This document shows, piece by piece, positions 38,649-48,038 of a stretch of 64,000 nt of DNA (its first letter is position 1; each line of letters begins with the position of its first letter). The notes beneath the pieces are model-generated. The model was not told the origin of the DNA. It did not search any database and was given only the letters and a program-made list of their open reading frames with translations. Origin of the DNA: Nitrospinales bacterium (GTDB lineage Bacteria > Nitrospinota > Nitrospinia > Nitrospinales > VA-1); contig CBDCWG010000001.1 in NCBI GenBank assembly GCA_965223345.1, forward strand, positions 1 through 64,000, given 5' to 3'. The position numbers were made by a program, and so were the translations under genes.

Positions 38649-39801
38649 AAAAATCCCGGATGGTTTGAGTGACACGTTTGAGTTGGGCGTCCTGCATTTC
38701 AGGAAACAGCGGCAACGAGCAGATTTCTTTGCAGATCCGCTCCGTCACCGGGAACGCTTCGGGCCGCACGGATAGATGCGAGAAGGCGCCGTGCGCGTAC
38801 ACCGGATGCGGATAATGGATGCCCGCGCCGATGCCGTTGGCGTTGAGATGCGCAAGCAGCGCGTCGCGCTTTTCGGTGCGGATCACATAAAGATGAAACA
38901 CATGCGAATCGTCCTCGGGAATGTCCGGCAGGATCAGATCCCCCACAGCCGCAAGTTCCCGGTTGTAGGCGCGCGCTTTTTCCAGGCGGGCCCGGTTCCA
39001 GCCGTCCAGATGCGGGAGTTTCACATTCAGCACGGCCGCCTGCACGCTGTCGAGCCGGCTGTTGAAGCCCAGCACGTCGTGCACGTATTTCTGCGTCGAG
39101 CCGTAATTGCGCAGGCGCAGCAGGGTGTCGTGCACCGCTTCATCCGAGGTCACCAGCGCGCCGCCGTCGCCGTAGGCGCCGAGGTTCTTGCCCGGGTAGA
39201 AGGAAAAGCAGCCCATCGTGCCGAACGTGCCCGCTCTCTTGCCGTTCAGTTTCGCGCCGTGCGCCTGGCAGGCGTCTTCCACCACCTTTAACCCGTGTTT
39301 TCCGGCGATGGCCATCAACCGCTCCATGTCCAGCACCCGGCCGTACAGGTGCACCGGCAGGATGGCCTTGGTGCGCGGCGTGATGCGCGCTTCCAGCGCT
39401 TCGAGATCCAGGTTGAACGTGTGCGGATCGACGTCGGCCAGCACGGGCGTCGCTCCGGCATAGGCGATGGCCAGCGCCGTGGCGATGAACGTGTTGGCGG
39501 CGGTGAGGACCTCATCCCCCGGCCCGATGCCGAGTGCCCTGAGCGCCAGATGCAGGGCGTCGGTGCCCGACGCCACGCCGACACAGAATGGAGCGCCGCA
39601 ATAGGCCGCAAAGTCTTTCTCAAACGTCTGCACCGGCGTTCCCAGAATGAACTGGGTCGTGGCAAAAACGTTTTCCACCTGCGGGACGATTTCGTCCTTC
39701 AGGCTTTCGTACTGGGTTTTCAGATCCACCAGCGGGATCGGACTGGCATCCCGGCCGTTTGCGGATTTCGGTGGAGCGTCGGTGGTACCGGTTTTCATCA
39801 T
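38638..39801 (-). CDS. DegT/DnrJ/EryC1/StrS PLP-dependent sugar aminotransferase
   Basis: SGTDAL, PVHLYG, EDACQAHG, FSFYPGKNLGAYGDGG, NSRLD motifs. Confidence 0.95.
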   Translation of the reverse strand: MMKTGTTDAPPKSANGRDASPIPLVDLKTQYESLKDEIVPQVENVFATTQFILGTPVQTFEKDFAAYCGAPFCVGVASGTDALHLALRALGIGPGDEVLTAANTFIATALAIAYAGATPVLADVDPHTFNLDLEALEARITPRTKAILPVHLYGRVLDMERLMAIAGKHGLKVVEDACQAHGAKLNGKRAGTFGTMGCFSFYPGKNLGAYGDGGALVTSDEAVHDTLLRLRNYGSTQKYVHDVLGFNSRLDSVQAAVLNVKLPHLDGWNRARLEKARAYNRELAAVGDLILPDIPEDDSHVFHLYVIRTEKRDALLAHLNANGIGAGIHYPHPVYAHGAFSHLSVRPEAFPVTERICKEICSLPLFPEMQDAQLKRVTQTIRDFYDA

Positions 39802-39865
39802 GCGCGGTATCTTTCCTGAAAAATGCGGTTTTCCTCCCGTCAAAGCCGGGAGGGTTGAGAGACGG

Positions 39866-40924
39866 TCAGACCACGGCTTTCTGCATGTCGAATATTTCGT
39901 TGATGATTTGCGTGCAATCGTACTTGTACTGCCAGTCCGGATAATGGGCCTGGAACTTGCTCACGTCGCTGATCCACCACAGGTGATCGCCCTTGCGGTT
40001 TTGCGGCACGTATTCGGTGACGAGTTTCTTTTTGCCGATCTCCTGACAGAGTTCGACAGCTTCCAGGAGAGAGCAATGGCTGTGACGGCTGCCGCCCATA
40101 TTGTAGACCTCGCCTTTTCTCGGGTTCTTGAAAAAACAATCGAACGCCCGCACGAGATCGTAGGAATGGATATTGTCGCGCACCTGCTTGCCCCCGTAAC
40201 CGAAAATCCGGTAGGTGCTGCCCAAAAGGCAAGCCCGCACGAGATAGGACAGAAATCCGTGCAGCTCGGTTCCGGAGTGTGCGGGGCCCGTCAGGCAGCC
40301 ACCGCGGAAAGTTCCAGTCATCAGGTCGAAATAGTTGCCGTATTCCTGCACCAGAATGTCCGCGCCGATTTTGGAAGCCCCGAACAGGCTGTGCGTGCTT
40401 TGGTCGATCGACATGGTCTCGTCGATTCCGGCGAACCAGCGGTGCTCCTTCGGCATCTCATAGCGGGATTCCTGCTCGATCAGAGGCAGGTGATTGGGCA
40501 GATCGCCGTACACCTTGTTGGTGGAGGTGAAGATGAACACCGCATCCGGGCAGTGTTGCCGGAAGCTTTCGAGCAGCACCAAGGTCCCCAGAGCGTTGAT
40601 GGTGAAATCCGCATGCGGGTCTTTCGCGGCCCAGTCGTGCGAAGGCTGCGCCGCGGCGTGGACGATCAGCTTGATATTTTCCCGGAAGGTGCGGAACAGA
40701 TCCTCGACCGCCTCCCGGTCGCGGATGTCGATATCCCGGTGTTGGTAGTTTTTGTATTGCTTCTCGAGCCGGAGGCGGTTCCATTGCGTGTCCGCATCCT
40801 CGCCGAAGAAGGTTTTACGCATGTTGTTGTCGATTCCGATCACATCGTGACCCTGGTCGCAAAAATAATCGACCGCCTCCGAACCGATCAATCCCGCGGA
40901 TCCTGTGACGACGATGACAGACAA
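39866..40924 (-). CDS. NAD-dependent epimerase, CDP-paratose 2-epimerase (tyvelose epimerase)-like
   Basis: [34 protein letters not shown] motifs. Confidence 0.85.
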   Translation of the reverse strand: MSVIVVTGSAGLIGSEAVDYFCDQGHDVIGIDNNMRKTFFGEDADTQWNRLRLEKQYKNYQHRDIDIRDREAVEDLFRTFRENIKLIVHAAAQPSHDWAAKDPHADFTINALGTLVLLESFRQHCPDAVFIFTSTNKVYGDLPNHLPLIEQESRYEMPKEHRWFAGIDETMSIDQSTHSLFGASKIGADILVQEYGNYFDLMTGTFRGGCLTGPAHSGTELHGFLSYLVRACLLGSTYRIFGYGGKQVRDNIHSYDLVRAFDCFFKNPRKGEVYNMGGSRHSHCSLLEAVELCQEIGKKKLVTEYVPQNRKGDHLWWISDVSKFQAHYPDWQYKYDCTQIINEIFDMQKAVV

Positions 40925-41007
40925 GCCGCACTCCCCCTAAAAGTTAACAAAAATCAAACCACCCGATTCACGCGTCGGCAGCGGTCCTCCATCCACAGAC
41001 GTTCACG

Positions 41008-42024
41008 CTATCTTTCGGAAACGCCGGGTTTTTGCGACGAGGTTTCCACCGTCTCCCCGCGTTTGAGAGCCGCTTCCATTTCCAATTTAATCCAAAAATA
41101 GGTTTTTTTTAACCCCTCGGCGAGCGGGATCGACGGCGCCCATCCCAATTCCTTTTTTATCAGCGTGTTATCGCTGTTGCGGCCGCGCACGCCCAGTGGG
41201 CCGGGAATGTTTTTGAGTGTGAGGTTTTTGTTTTCAAAGGAAATGGCAGTCTCAGCCAACTGGTTGATGGTCACCAGCTCAGCGCTTCCGAGATTGAGCG
41301 GATGCGGGCACTCGCCGCGCATGATGCGAATCGTGCCCTCCACGCAGTCGTCGATGAACATGAAGCTGCGTTGCTGCTTGCCATCGCCCCAGATTTCCAT
41401 TTCGCCGCCGGGAGGGGCCATGAGCACTTTGCGGCACATCGCCGCCGGCGCCTTCTCGCGCCCGCCCCGCCAGGTGCCGAAGGGGCCGTACACATTGTGA
41501 TAACGGGCGATGCGGGTTTGCAGCCCGTAATCCTCGCGGAAATATTCCGACAGCAGCTCGGTGAACAGCTTCTCCCAGCCATACCCCGCTTCGGGCAGGG
41601 CCGGATAGGCCATGTCTTCGGAAAGGGCCGGGGAATCCAGATCTTTCTGCAGTTCCGTGTTGTAGGCGCAGGCGCTGCTGGAGAAAAAAAAACGCCGCGC
41701 CTGGAATTTCCGCGCCGCTTCCAGCACATTGATGGAAATCAGTGCGCTGTCGCGCATGATGAGCGCGCGGTAATTCTCGATGAAACCCATGCCGCCCATA
41801 TTGGCGGCCAGACTGTACACCTCGTCGAACCGTCCGCCGCTGCGGAACACCGCCTCGACCTCGTCCTTGTTGCGCAAATCCACGTTGAAGAACGTGTCCG
41901 CCGGGCTGTCTTCGAATTCCGGGAACTTCCAATCCGCCGCCAGCACCGCATGCCCGTCCGTTTTCAGCCGCTTGACAAGATTGTTGCCGATAAAACCCCC
42001 AGCCCCTGTCACCAGGATTTTCAT
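41008..42024 (-). CDS. GDP-mannose 3,5-epimerase-like SDR
   Basis: LAANMGGMGFI, SSAC.Y, YGWEK, GGREKAPAA.CRK, GVRGRNSDN motifs characteristic of GME. Confidence 0.88.
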   Translation of the reverse strand: MKILVTGAGGFIGNNLVKRLKTDGHAVLAADWKFPEFEDSPADTFFNVDLRNKDEVEAVFRSGGRFDEVYSLAANMGGMGFIENYRALIMRDSALISINVLEAARKFQARRFFFSSSACAYNTELQKDLDSPALSEDMAYPALPEAGYGWEKLFTELLSEYFREDYGLQTRIARYHNVYGPFGTWRGGREKAPAAMCRKVLMAPPGGEMEIWGDGKQQRSFMFIDDCVEGTIRIMRGECPHPLNLGSAELVTINQLAETAISFENKNLTLKNIPGPLGVRGRNSDNTLIKKELGWAPSIPLAEGLKKTYFWIKLEMEAALKRGETVETSSQKPGVSER

Positions 42025-42374
42025 CGTGAATCGTTCCAGCTGGAAGTCATAAAAATAAACGATGGATGCATTGTACCGTAAAAATACAGGAGCAGATCAA
42101 GAACGCGTCTGGGGCCAGAAGATCAAAAAGAATCAAAAAAACGGTTTGCCTGCAGCAACGTTGCACGTACAGGCGCCGTTTTCCTGAACTCCAGCTTATC
42201 GGGAGATATCCATGACGCGGAAGTGCATTCCCGGAAACCAGCGCATCGGGAAATCGCGTGATACACCCGCTGCATTCAGCGGTGCAAAGAGGCAGTGCCT
42301 ATTCGGCTCCTACTTTAGAAGTCACTTTAGGGAACTAACAAATCCTTCAACCAAGATACAGGCAGGATAAATAT

Positions 42375-42432
42375 ATCATCAATATTTTAATCGTCAATAT
42401 TTGATTCGATTCTCCGATAATTGTTTTATAAT
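42375..42432 (+). promoter_or_regulatory. Divergent promoter region with direct repeat ATC(A/G)TCAATATTT x2 and a TATAAT box
   Basis: Repeats at 42375-42387 and 42390-42402; TATAAT at 42427-42432, upstream of the radical-SAM gene. Confidence 0.45.
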
Positions 42433-42565
42433 GTTCGAGCACTGATGCCGATAAAGAAAAAGATCCGCAGTTTCCTGCTAGAGTGCCAAATTCTTTCAAT
42501 ATTCGAAACTGTTTTTCTCTCGCTCACTCGAGTCACAGTTTATTCATTAAGAGGACTAAAGAAGA

Positions 42566-43972
42566 ATGAAAATTCTACTTGTTCAACCGTTTAAGGATGC
42601 CGGGCTGGCGAACGAATCCTGGCCTCCTATCGGATTGGGATACCTTGCCACAGCCGTTAGGAAAGCAGGGCATGAAGTCCAGATACTCGATTGCCTCAAG
42701 GATTGCAGGGATAATGACGATTTTGTCAAAGCTGTGAAAAAATACGATCCGCAAGTCATCGGTTACAATGTCTACTCGATTGCTGTGCCATTGATCAATG
42801 GCATGCTGGAGGCAGTTGCGAATGAATTGCCTGATGTGATCAGCGTCTGGGGTGGGCCGCATGTTTCATCGTTGCCGGATAGAATCTTAAAGGAAGCTCC
42901 ACTGGTTGATTTTGCCATTCAGGGAGAAGGTGAAGTGCCTCTGCCTCACCTTTTGAATTCCTTGGAGAGGGGCATTGAAGACTACGACCAGATACCCGGA
43001 TTGATCTACCGCGATGGGGACACGGTCAAAAAAAACGAATCGCATTTTCAGAAAAATATTGAAGAATACGGGTTTCCTGCTTGGGATCTGATTCAACCGA
43101 AAGAATATTTTCGTTATTTTGCAATGGGGCCGGACACCGTCCCGGTTTTTCTTTCAAGAGGCTGTCCCTTTCCCTGCACGTTCTGTGCGGCGATGGTGGT
43201 CACCGGCCGCTCCCTCCGCTGGCGCGGCTACGATCACATCTTCGAAGAGTTGCGGTTCTTGCAGAAGGAGTATGGCATCAAACGATTTGTTTTGGAGGAT
43301 GAAGGCACCGGTGTGGCGGAAAAATTTCTCCATAATTTCTGCAACAAGATCAAGGAATATGGGTTCAAGGGCAAATTCGCCATGGGGGTGGGCATGCGGC
43401 TCGACCAGTACAATGAAGAGTTATTGCGGGAAATGGCCGAGGCGGGTTTCGAAAAGCGCATCGTTTTGGGCATCGAATCGGGCAGCGAGCGGGTCCTGGC
43501 GAAGATGAAAAAAGACACGAACATTGCGCTCATCCGCGAAAAAGTAGAACTGATGGACCGCATGGGATATGAACCCAACGGGTATTTCATTGTGGGTTTT
43601 CCTACCGAGACCCCCGAGGAGATCGAAAAAACCGTACAACTGGCGCTCAGCCTGCCGATCCACGAAGCCAGTTTCACTGCATTTCAGCCTCTTCCCCATA
43701 CGCCAGCCACTGACGAGTTGATCGCGAATGGCGAGCTTCCGGCCGATTACGATTTCAGCAAACTCGTTCAGAATGGTGTGGCGTACGCTCCCAAGGGCAT
43801 GACCGTGCACCAGGTGGAAAAACTTCGTAAGCAGGCTTTGTTGAGATTCTACATGAGGCCGAAGATTCTCTTCAGATATTTCAAATCATTCACGAGCTTT
43901 AAGTATGCATTCAAGAAGTTCGTGGCTGTGTTCACCAAAGACAATGTGATCCCAGAACCTAACTGGACCTGA
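42566..43972 (+). CDS. Cobalamin-binding radical SAM protein (class B methyltransferase-like)
   Basis: PPIGLGYLA, GGPHVS, GEGE B12 domain; SRGCPFPCTFC; GIESGS; GFP.ET. Confidence 0.92.
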   Translation: MKILLVQPFKDAGLANESWPPIGLGYLATAVRKAGHEVQILDCLKDCRDNDDFVKAVKKYDPQVIGYNVYSIAVPLINGMLEAVANELPDVISVWGGPHVSSLPDRILKEAPLVDFAIQGEGEVPLPHLLNSLERGIEDYDQIPGLIYRDGDTVKKNESHFQKNIEEYGFPAWDLIQPKEYFRYFAMGPDTVPVFLSRGCPFPCTFCAAMVVTGRSLRWRGYDHIFEELRFLQKEYGIKRFVLEDEGTGVAEKFLHNFCNKIKEYGFKGKFAMGVGMRLDQYNEELLREMAEAGFEKRIVLGIESGSERVLAKMKKDTNIALIREKVELMDRMGYEPNGYFIVGFPTETPEEIEKTVQLALSLPIHEASFTAFQPLPHTPATDELIANGELPADYDFSKLVQNGVAYAPKGMTVHQVEKLRKQALLRFYMRPKILFRYFKSFTSFKYAFKKFVAVFTKDNVIPEPNWT

Positions 43973-43979
43973 GAATGCA

Positions 43980-44016
43980 GGCGTTCACGAGCGAGCCTCG
44001 GTCGCTCGTGAACGCC
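43980..44016. terminator. Perfect 15-bp inverted repeat between convergent genes (likely bidirectional terminator or stabilising hairpin)
   Basis: GGCGTTCACGAGCGA / TCGCTCGTGAACGCC with a 7-nt loop. Confidence 0.65.
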
Positions 44017-44026
44017 TTGAGTTTTC

Positions 44027-44716
44027 TCAGAGTGTAGACTGCCTGCCAAAAAGATCCGCAGTGGAATCAGGAGGCAATTTTTTTGCCGCCACCATCTGGC
44101 CATGCGGTATGAATCCGAAATAAGTCCGGTTTTTTCGATATCCCACCGACTCAAACCCTTTCCTTTTGAGAATGTCCGCCAGGTTCTTGCGTGTGAAATA
44201 GCGAATGTGGGGAGACGCCGGGTAGAAATAATCGTCCAGGAATTTCAGGGAAATCAGCACCATCTTGGTGCGGGTGATTTCACTGGTGGCGAGCAGCAAA
44301 TGCCCCCCGGGTTTCAAAACCCGATACATTTCTTCAAGCAAAGTCTCAAGATCGAGAATGTGTTCCAGGACATCGGTCGCCGTGATGGTGTCAAAAAAAT
44401 CATCCGGATAAGGCAGCTTCCCATCCTCGGGCATCAGTTTGAAATCCAAAGCAGGGTACTGCGCTTGGGCTTTATCCAAGGCTGTTTCGCTGATGTCCAC
44501 CCCATGCACTGAATCGCATTGTTTCGCGATCAAGTTGAGAAACTGCCCGTCACCGCAGCCGAAATCCAATAGCCTGCCTTTCACATAGGGTGAGAAAAAA
44601 GCCATGTGGTGGTCGAAGTTTTCTTGCGTCCATTCTTCCGGATGCTCGTCGAACGCATTGACCTTGATATGTTCGTCGGCCCAGTATCGCTCGTAAAACG
44701 TTTTTGCATCTCCCAT
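44027..44716 (-). CDS. Class I SAM-dependent methyltransferase
   Basis: LLDFGCGDG, GVDIS, DVLEH, RVLKPGG, PHIRYFT motifs; ATG at 44716. Confidence 0.9.
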   Translation of the reverse strand: MGDAKTFYERYWADEHIKVNAFDEHPEEWTQENFDHHMAFFSPYVKGRLLDFGCGDGQFLNLIAKQCDSVHGVDISETALDKAQAQYPALDFKLMPEDGKLPYPDDFFDTITATDVLEHILDLETLLEEMYRVLKPGGHLLLATSEITRTKMVLISLKFLDDYFYPASPHIRYFTRKNLADILKRKGFESVGYRKNRTYFGFIPHGQMVAAKKLPPDSTADLFGRQSTL

Positions 44717-44777
44717 ACCTGGTTTCGGACTCCATGCGTTGATGGTTGTTGACCCAGTACGATTCCCATCTGGGGAA

Positions 44778-46289
44778 TCAAGTCTGTACGGCTTTCCCCT
44801 GGTGCTTGGTGAGGTTGAACACGTGCTGGCGCACCCGGCGGATGGCGCGGCCGCCGTAGGTGAACAGGAACTGCCAGTCGGTTTTGCGTCTCGAGAGGAA
44901 TTTGAGCTGCCGGGATATGAACTTCGGATGGAAAGCGATGCCGTACATCTCCCGCACCGCCTCATAATACTCATCGTGCGGGATCGGGGTTTTGACGATC
45001 AGCTTGCTCATGTCGAACTCGTCGTAATCCTCGGCCAACAGCACGCCGCTGTCGATGCATTCCTGGTGATATGGCGTGAAATCGAGCGGCGTGCACAGCG
45101 TCACCTGCAGGGTGCGCGCCAGCCCCTTGAACATCAGTTTGCGCACCGAACGCACCGTTTGCTGAAGCTGCTCGCGCGTCTGCCAGTAATAGCCCACCAT
45201 GATCGTGAGATGCGGGAACAATCCGTACTTCGTGTAAAGCTTTAAGTTGTGCTCCGCATCCTCAACGCCGTAGCCTTTGTTGAGGCGCGCCAGCGTTTCC
45301 TCATCGCTCGCTTCAAGACCGATGAGGACGAAGCGGAAATTCGCTTTCGCCAGCAGCGCCACCGTTTCCTCGTCCAGATAACCGAAGCGGGTGTTGAAAC
45401 CGAAATAGCAGTCCTTCTTGTGCAGGCCGCGGTCGATGATGCCCTGGGCGAACTGTCTCGCTTCCGCGCCCCGGTACCAGACGCCCGAATCGTCAAAGAT
45501 CTCCCGCACCCCGTACTCTTCCACCAGCCGCTGGTACTCGTCCAGGCTCTTTTCCACCGACCGCATCGAGAACGTCAGATCCGGTCCGTTGTAGCGGCAG
45601 AACGTACATTTGCCGAACATGCAGTCGCGGATCACGCTGGTCGCGTAGGTGCCGGGGGTCTGCAAGTAATTGCCGTTCTCATAAGCGTAGTTTTTCCACT
45701 GCACCAGGTCGCGGTTCACATCCGGGGAGAGGTCCAGCGGTTCGATCTGCTTGAAATTGCCCGTGTCGTAAAATTCTTTCTCGTCCCTACGGATCGTGAG
45801 CCCTTCGATCGGGCAGTGCTCCCGCCAGTTGGCATGCTCGTCCAGGTAGGGGATGAGCTTGCGCAGCACGAAATCGATGTGGTTGCTGCGCAGCACGATG
45901 TCGGTGGCACTTTTTTCCAGCGTCTCCTGCGGGCGGCGCATCGAGTGGTAGCCGGTCATGATGACGATGCAGCCGGGAAGCTCCGATTTCAGCTTGTCCA
46001 CCACGCGCCAGTAAAACTTCATCACCGGAGTCGTGCTTTCGAACACCACCACATCCGGTTGCCAGGCGATCAGGTCGCGATACCACTGCTCGAACGTTTT
46101 TAGCTGCGCGTTGCCGTCGTCCCACAGAACGTCGTAGCCCAGCTCCTTAAGCCAGGAGGCGGCCTGCCCGTGCACCACCGGCAGCAGATAAGTCGGTTTT
46201 TTGAAGAACTGCACGTTGCGGTTCTGCGACACCATGGCCTTCTGGCCGTCGGCGTTGACGATGGGAGGGTAGGAGATGGCTATTTTCAT
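44778..46289 (-). CDS. Cobalamin-binding-type radical SAM protein
   Basis: N-terminal B12-like domain; CMFGKCTFC cluster motif; FDDSG, IGLE, MVGY. Confidence 0.85.
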   Translation of the reverse strand: MKIAISYPPIVNADGQKAMVSQNRNVQFFKKPTYLLPVVHGQAASWLKELGYDVLWDDGNAQLKTFEQWYRDLIAWQPDVVVFESTTPVMKFYWRVVDKLKSELPGCIVIMTGYHSMRRPQETLEKSATDIVLRSNHIDFVLRKLIPYLDEHANWREHCPIEGLTIRRDEKEFYDTGNFKQIEPLDLSPDVNRDLVQWKNYAYENGNYLQTPGTYATSVIRDCMFGKCTFCRYNGPDLTFSMRSVEKSLDEYQRLVEEYGVREIFDDSGVWYRGAEARQFAQGIIDRGLHKKDCYFGFNTRFGYLDEETVALLAKANFRFVLIGLEASDEETLARLNKGYGVEDAEHNLKLYTKYGLFPHLTIMVGYYWQTREQLQQTVRSVRKLMFKGLARTLQVTLCTPLDFTPYHQECIDSGVLLAEDYDEFDMSKLIVKTPIPHDEYYEAVREMYGIAFHPKFISRQLKFLSRRKTDWQFLFTYGGRAIRRVRQHVFNLTKHQGKAVQT

Positions 46290-46368
46290 CGGGATTTTGT
46301 TTTGAGTTCAAACATTCTGCGCGGCGTTCACTGTAACCCGGCTGCCCGCAGAGAGGAGACCGGCGGTT

Positions 46369-47010
46369 TTAAAAAAACGCCTCGGTGAAAATCTGGTTTC
46401 CGGAAACGCCACGCTCACGCAAAAGGTCGTACACGTCGTGGATCATGCTCTGGTTGCCGCAAAGATAATAGATGCTGGAATTGCACAGCTCTTTGTTTTT
46501 AAGGTAATCCGTCACCCGTCCCGCAAAGTCGCCGCCCGCTTCCCGCGACACGCAAAAAGTCAGCCGGGACGGGTCGTAATCGGAGAAGTCGTAGCGCTCG
46601 CTGAGCGTGCGAATGCCATTGATGATCTGATAATCGAGGCCCGGGAAGCTCTTGACGAAGGAATGAAACGGGGCGATTCCCGTTCCCGTGCCGATGAACA
46701 CAAACCTGCCGGTCGCCGCTTTTTCCGGCGCGAGCACAAACGACCCGTACGGGCCGAAGACCTCCACCTGCGAGTTCACCGCCACCCGCCGCAGGGCCGG
46801 CGACACCGCCCCGCCCGGCACTTCCTTGATGAGAAACTCCAGGTAGGCGTCGTCGAGGCCCGAATAGGTGGAGTATTCCCGGTTGACCCCGCTGCCCCTG
46901 AGTCCCAGGTTCACGCACTGTCCCGGCTTGAAGTCGAATCCGTTGCGTTCCAGTCTCAGCACATAGGCCGAGGGGGACAGGTTGCGAATCTGGACCACGT
47001 TGTGCAGCAA
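46369..47010 (-). CDS. Ferredoxin-NADP reductase-like FAD/NAD(P)-binding oxidoreductase
   Basis: FKPGQ, REYS, GAVS, GPYG, GTGTGIAP, YLCG, C-terminal EAFF. Confidence 0.9.
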   Translation of the reverse strand: MLHNVVQIRNLSPSAYVLRLERNGFDFKPGQCVNLGLRGSGVNREYSTYSGLDDAYLEFLIKEVPGGAVSPALRRVAVNSQVEVFGPYGSFVLAPEKAATGRFVFIGTGTGIAPFHSFVKSFPGLDYQIINGIRTLSERYDFSDYDPSRLTFCVSREAGGDFAGRVTDYLKNKELCNSSIYYLCGNQSMIHDVYDLLRERGVSGNQIFTEAFF

Positions 47011-47039
47011 TGCTTCCTCTTGAAAAATTCAGTCGAGTT

Positions 47040-48038
47040 TCACCGGCCCAGAGAGCTTTTGAGCTCATTCAGCGTGAAACCCTGAACAAAACGCACGCCG
47101 TACCAGATGTGGGTCAAAACGATGTAAGGCAGCGCCCCCGCCGCCACGCTCAGGGTTTCGTGCCGCCGGATGTCTTTCCAGGAAACGGCCAGCGCGGCGA
47201 GATACAGCGCCCAGCCCGCAACATACAGCAATCCCGCCCATTTGGATAGCATGGAAAGAACCAACCCGACCACCACGAACCCCACCCACAGGGCGGGGAT
47301 GAAGTATTTCAAGCGGCGCGAGGTCTTGGGATAGCGTTTGGCGAAAAACCCCCGGTGCCGGCCGTAGTTTCCCACCTGCCGGAGATGCTTGGGCAGTCCC
47401 GAGCGGCGGTGATGCCAGACGATCAGGTCCGGGACGTAAACGATACGCGTTCCCGTGGTTTCCACCAGCTTCATGCAGAACAGCGTGTCCTCACCGGGCC
47501 AGTAGTCGGAGTCGAAGCCTCCCGCCTTGAGGAACAAGTCCTTGCGCACGATCAGGTTGACGCTCGGCCAGTCGTCCACCGTGTGGCCGGGCGGACAGGG
47601 GATGTAGCGCTCCGGGTTGCCGCCGGACGCCGGGCTCAGAAACACCGCTCCCGACACCCGCGCCCAGAACGGATCGTTTTTGGGCGTGATCGCCGGGCCG
47701 CCGATCGCCCCCACCGCGTCGCGCGCTCGAAACGTGTTGTTGGCCACGTCCAGCCAGTCCGACTGCGGGTAGGCGTCGTCGTCGATGAACGCCAGAAACT
47801 CCCCCTTTGCCTGTTCCGCGCCCCGGTCCCGCTTGATCGCCGGGTTCACTTCGCCGGTGGGTAAAAGCTGAATCGGTAAATCGGAAAAGCTTTGCGGCAC
47901 CACCGTAGGGCCGTCGGGCAGGAGGATCACTTCATAGTGTTTGAACGCAAGCCTGCGGATGTGTTCCAGGCATTCGTCGAGGTCCGCAGACCAGGACTTG
48001 AAAGGGATGATGATCGAAAATACCGGCGCTTCACTCAT
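47040..48038 (-). CDS. GT2 glycosyltransferase
   Basis: PAIKRD.GA, FIDDDAYP, GGFD..YWPGED, WHHRR; C-terminal TMs. Confidence 0.9.
   Translation of the reverse strand: MSEAPVFSIIIPFKSWSADLDECLEHIRRLAFKHYEVILLPDGPTVVPQSFSDLPIQLLPTGEVNPAIKRDRGAEQAKGEFLAFIDDDAYPQSDWLDVANNTFRARDAVGAIGGPAITPKNDPFWARVSGAVFLSPASGGNPERYIPCPPGHTVDDWPSVNLIVRKDLFLKAGGFDSDYWPGEDTLFCMKLVETTGTRIVYVPDLIVWHHRRSGLPKHLRQVGNYGRHRGFFAKRYPKTSRRLKYFIPALWVGFVVVGLVLSMLSKWAGLLYVAGWALYLAALAVSWKDIRRHETLSVAAGALPYIVLTHIWYGVRFVQGFTLNELKSSLGR

Noticed and set aside
42190..42350. Cobalamin riboswitch upstream of the B12 radical-SAM gene
   Set aside because: Only scattered GGGAA-like words; the conserved B12-box arrangement is not recognisable
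42025..42565. JUMPstart/ops (GGCGGTAG) element at the head of the glycan operon
   Set aside because: No matching sequence found by eye on the operon strand
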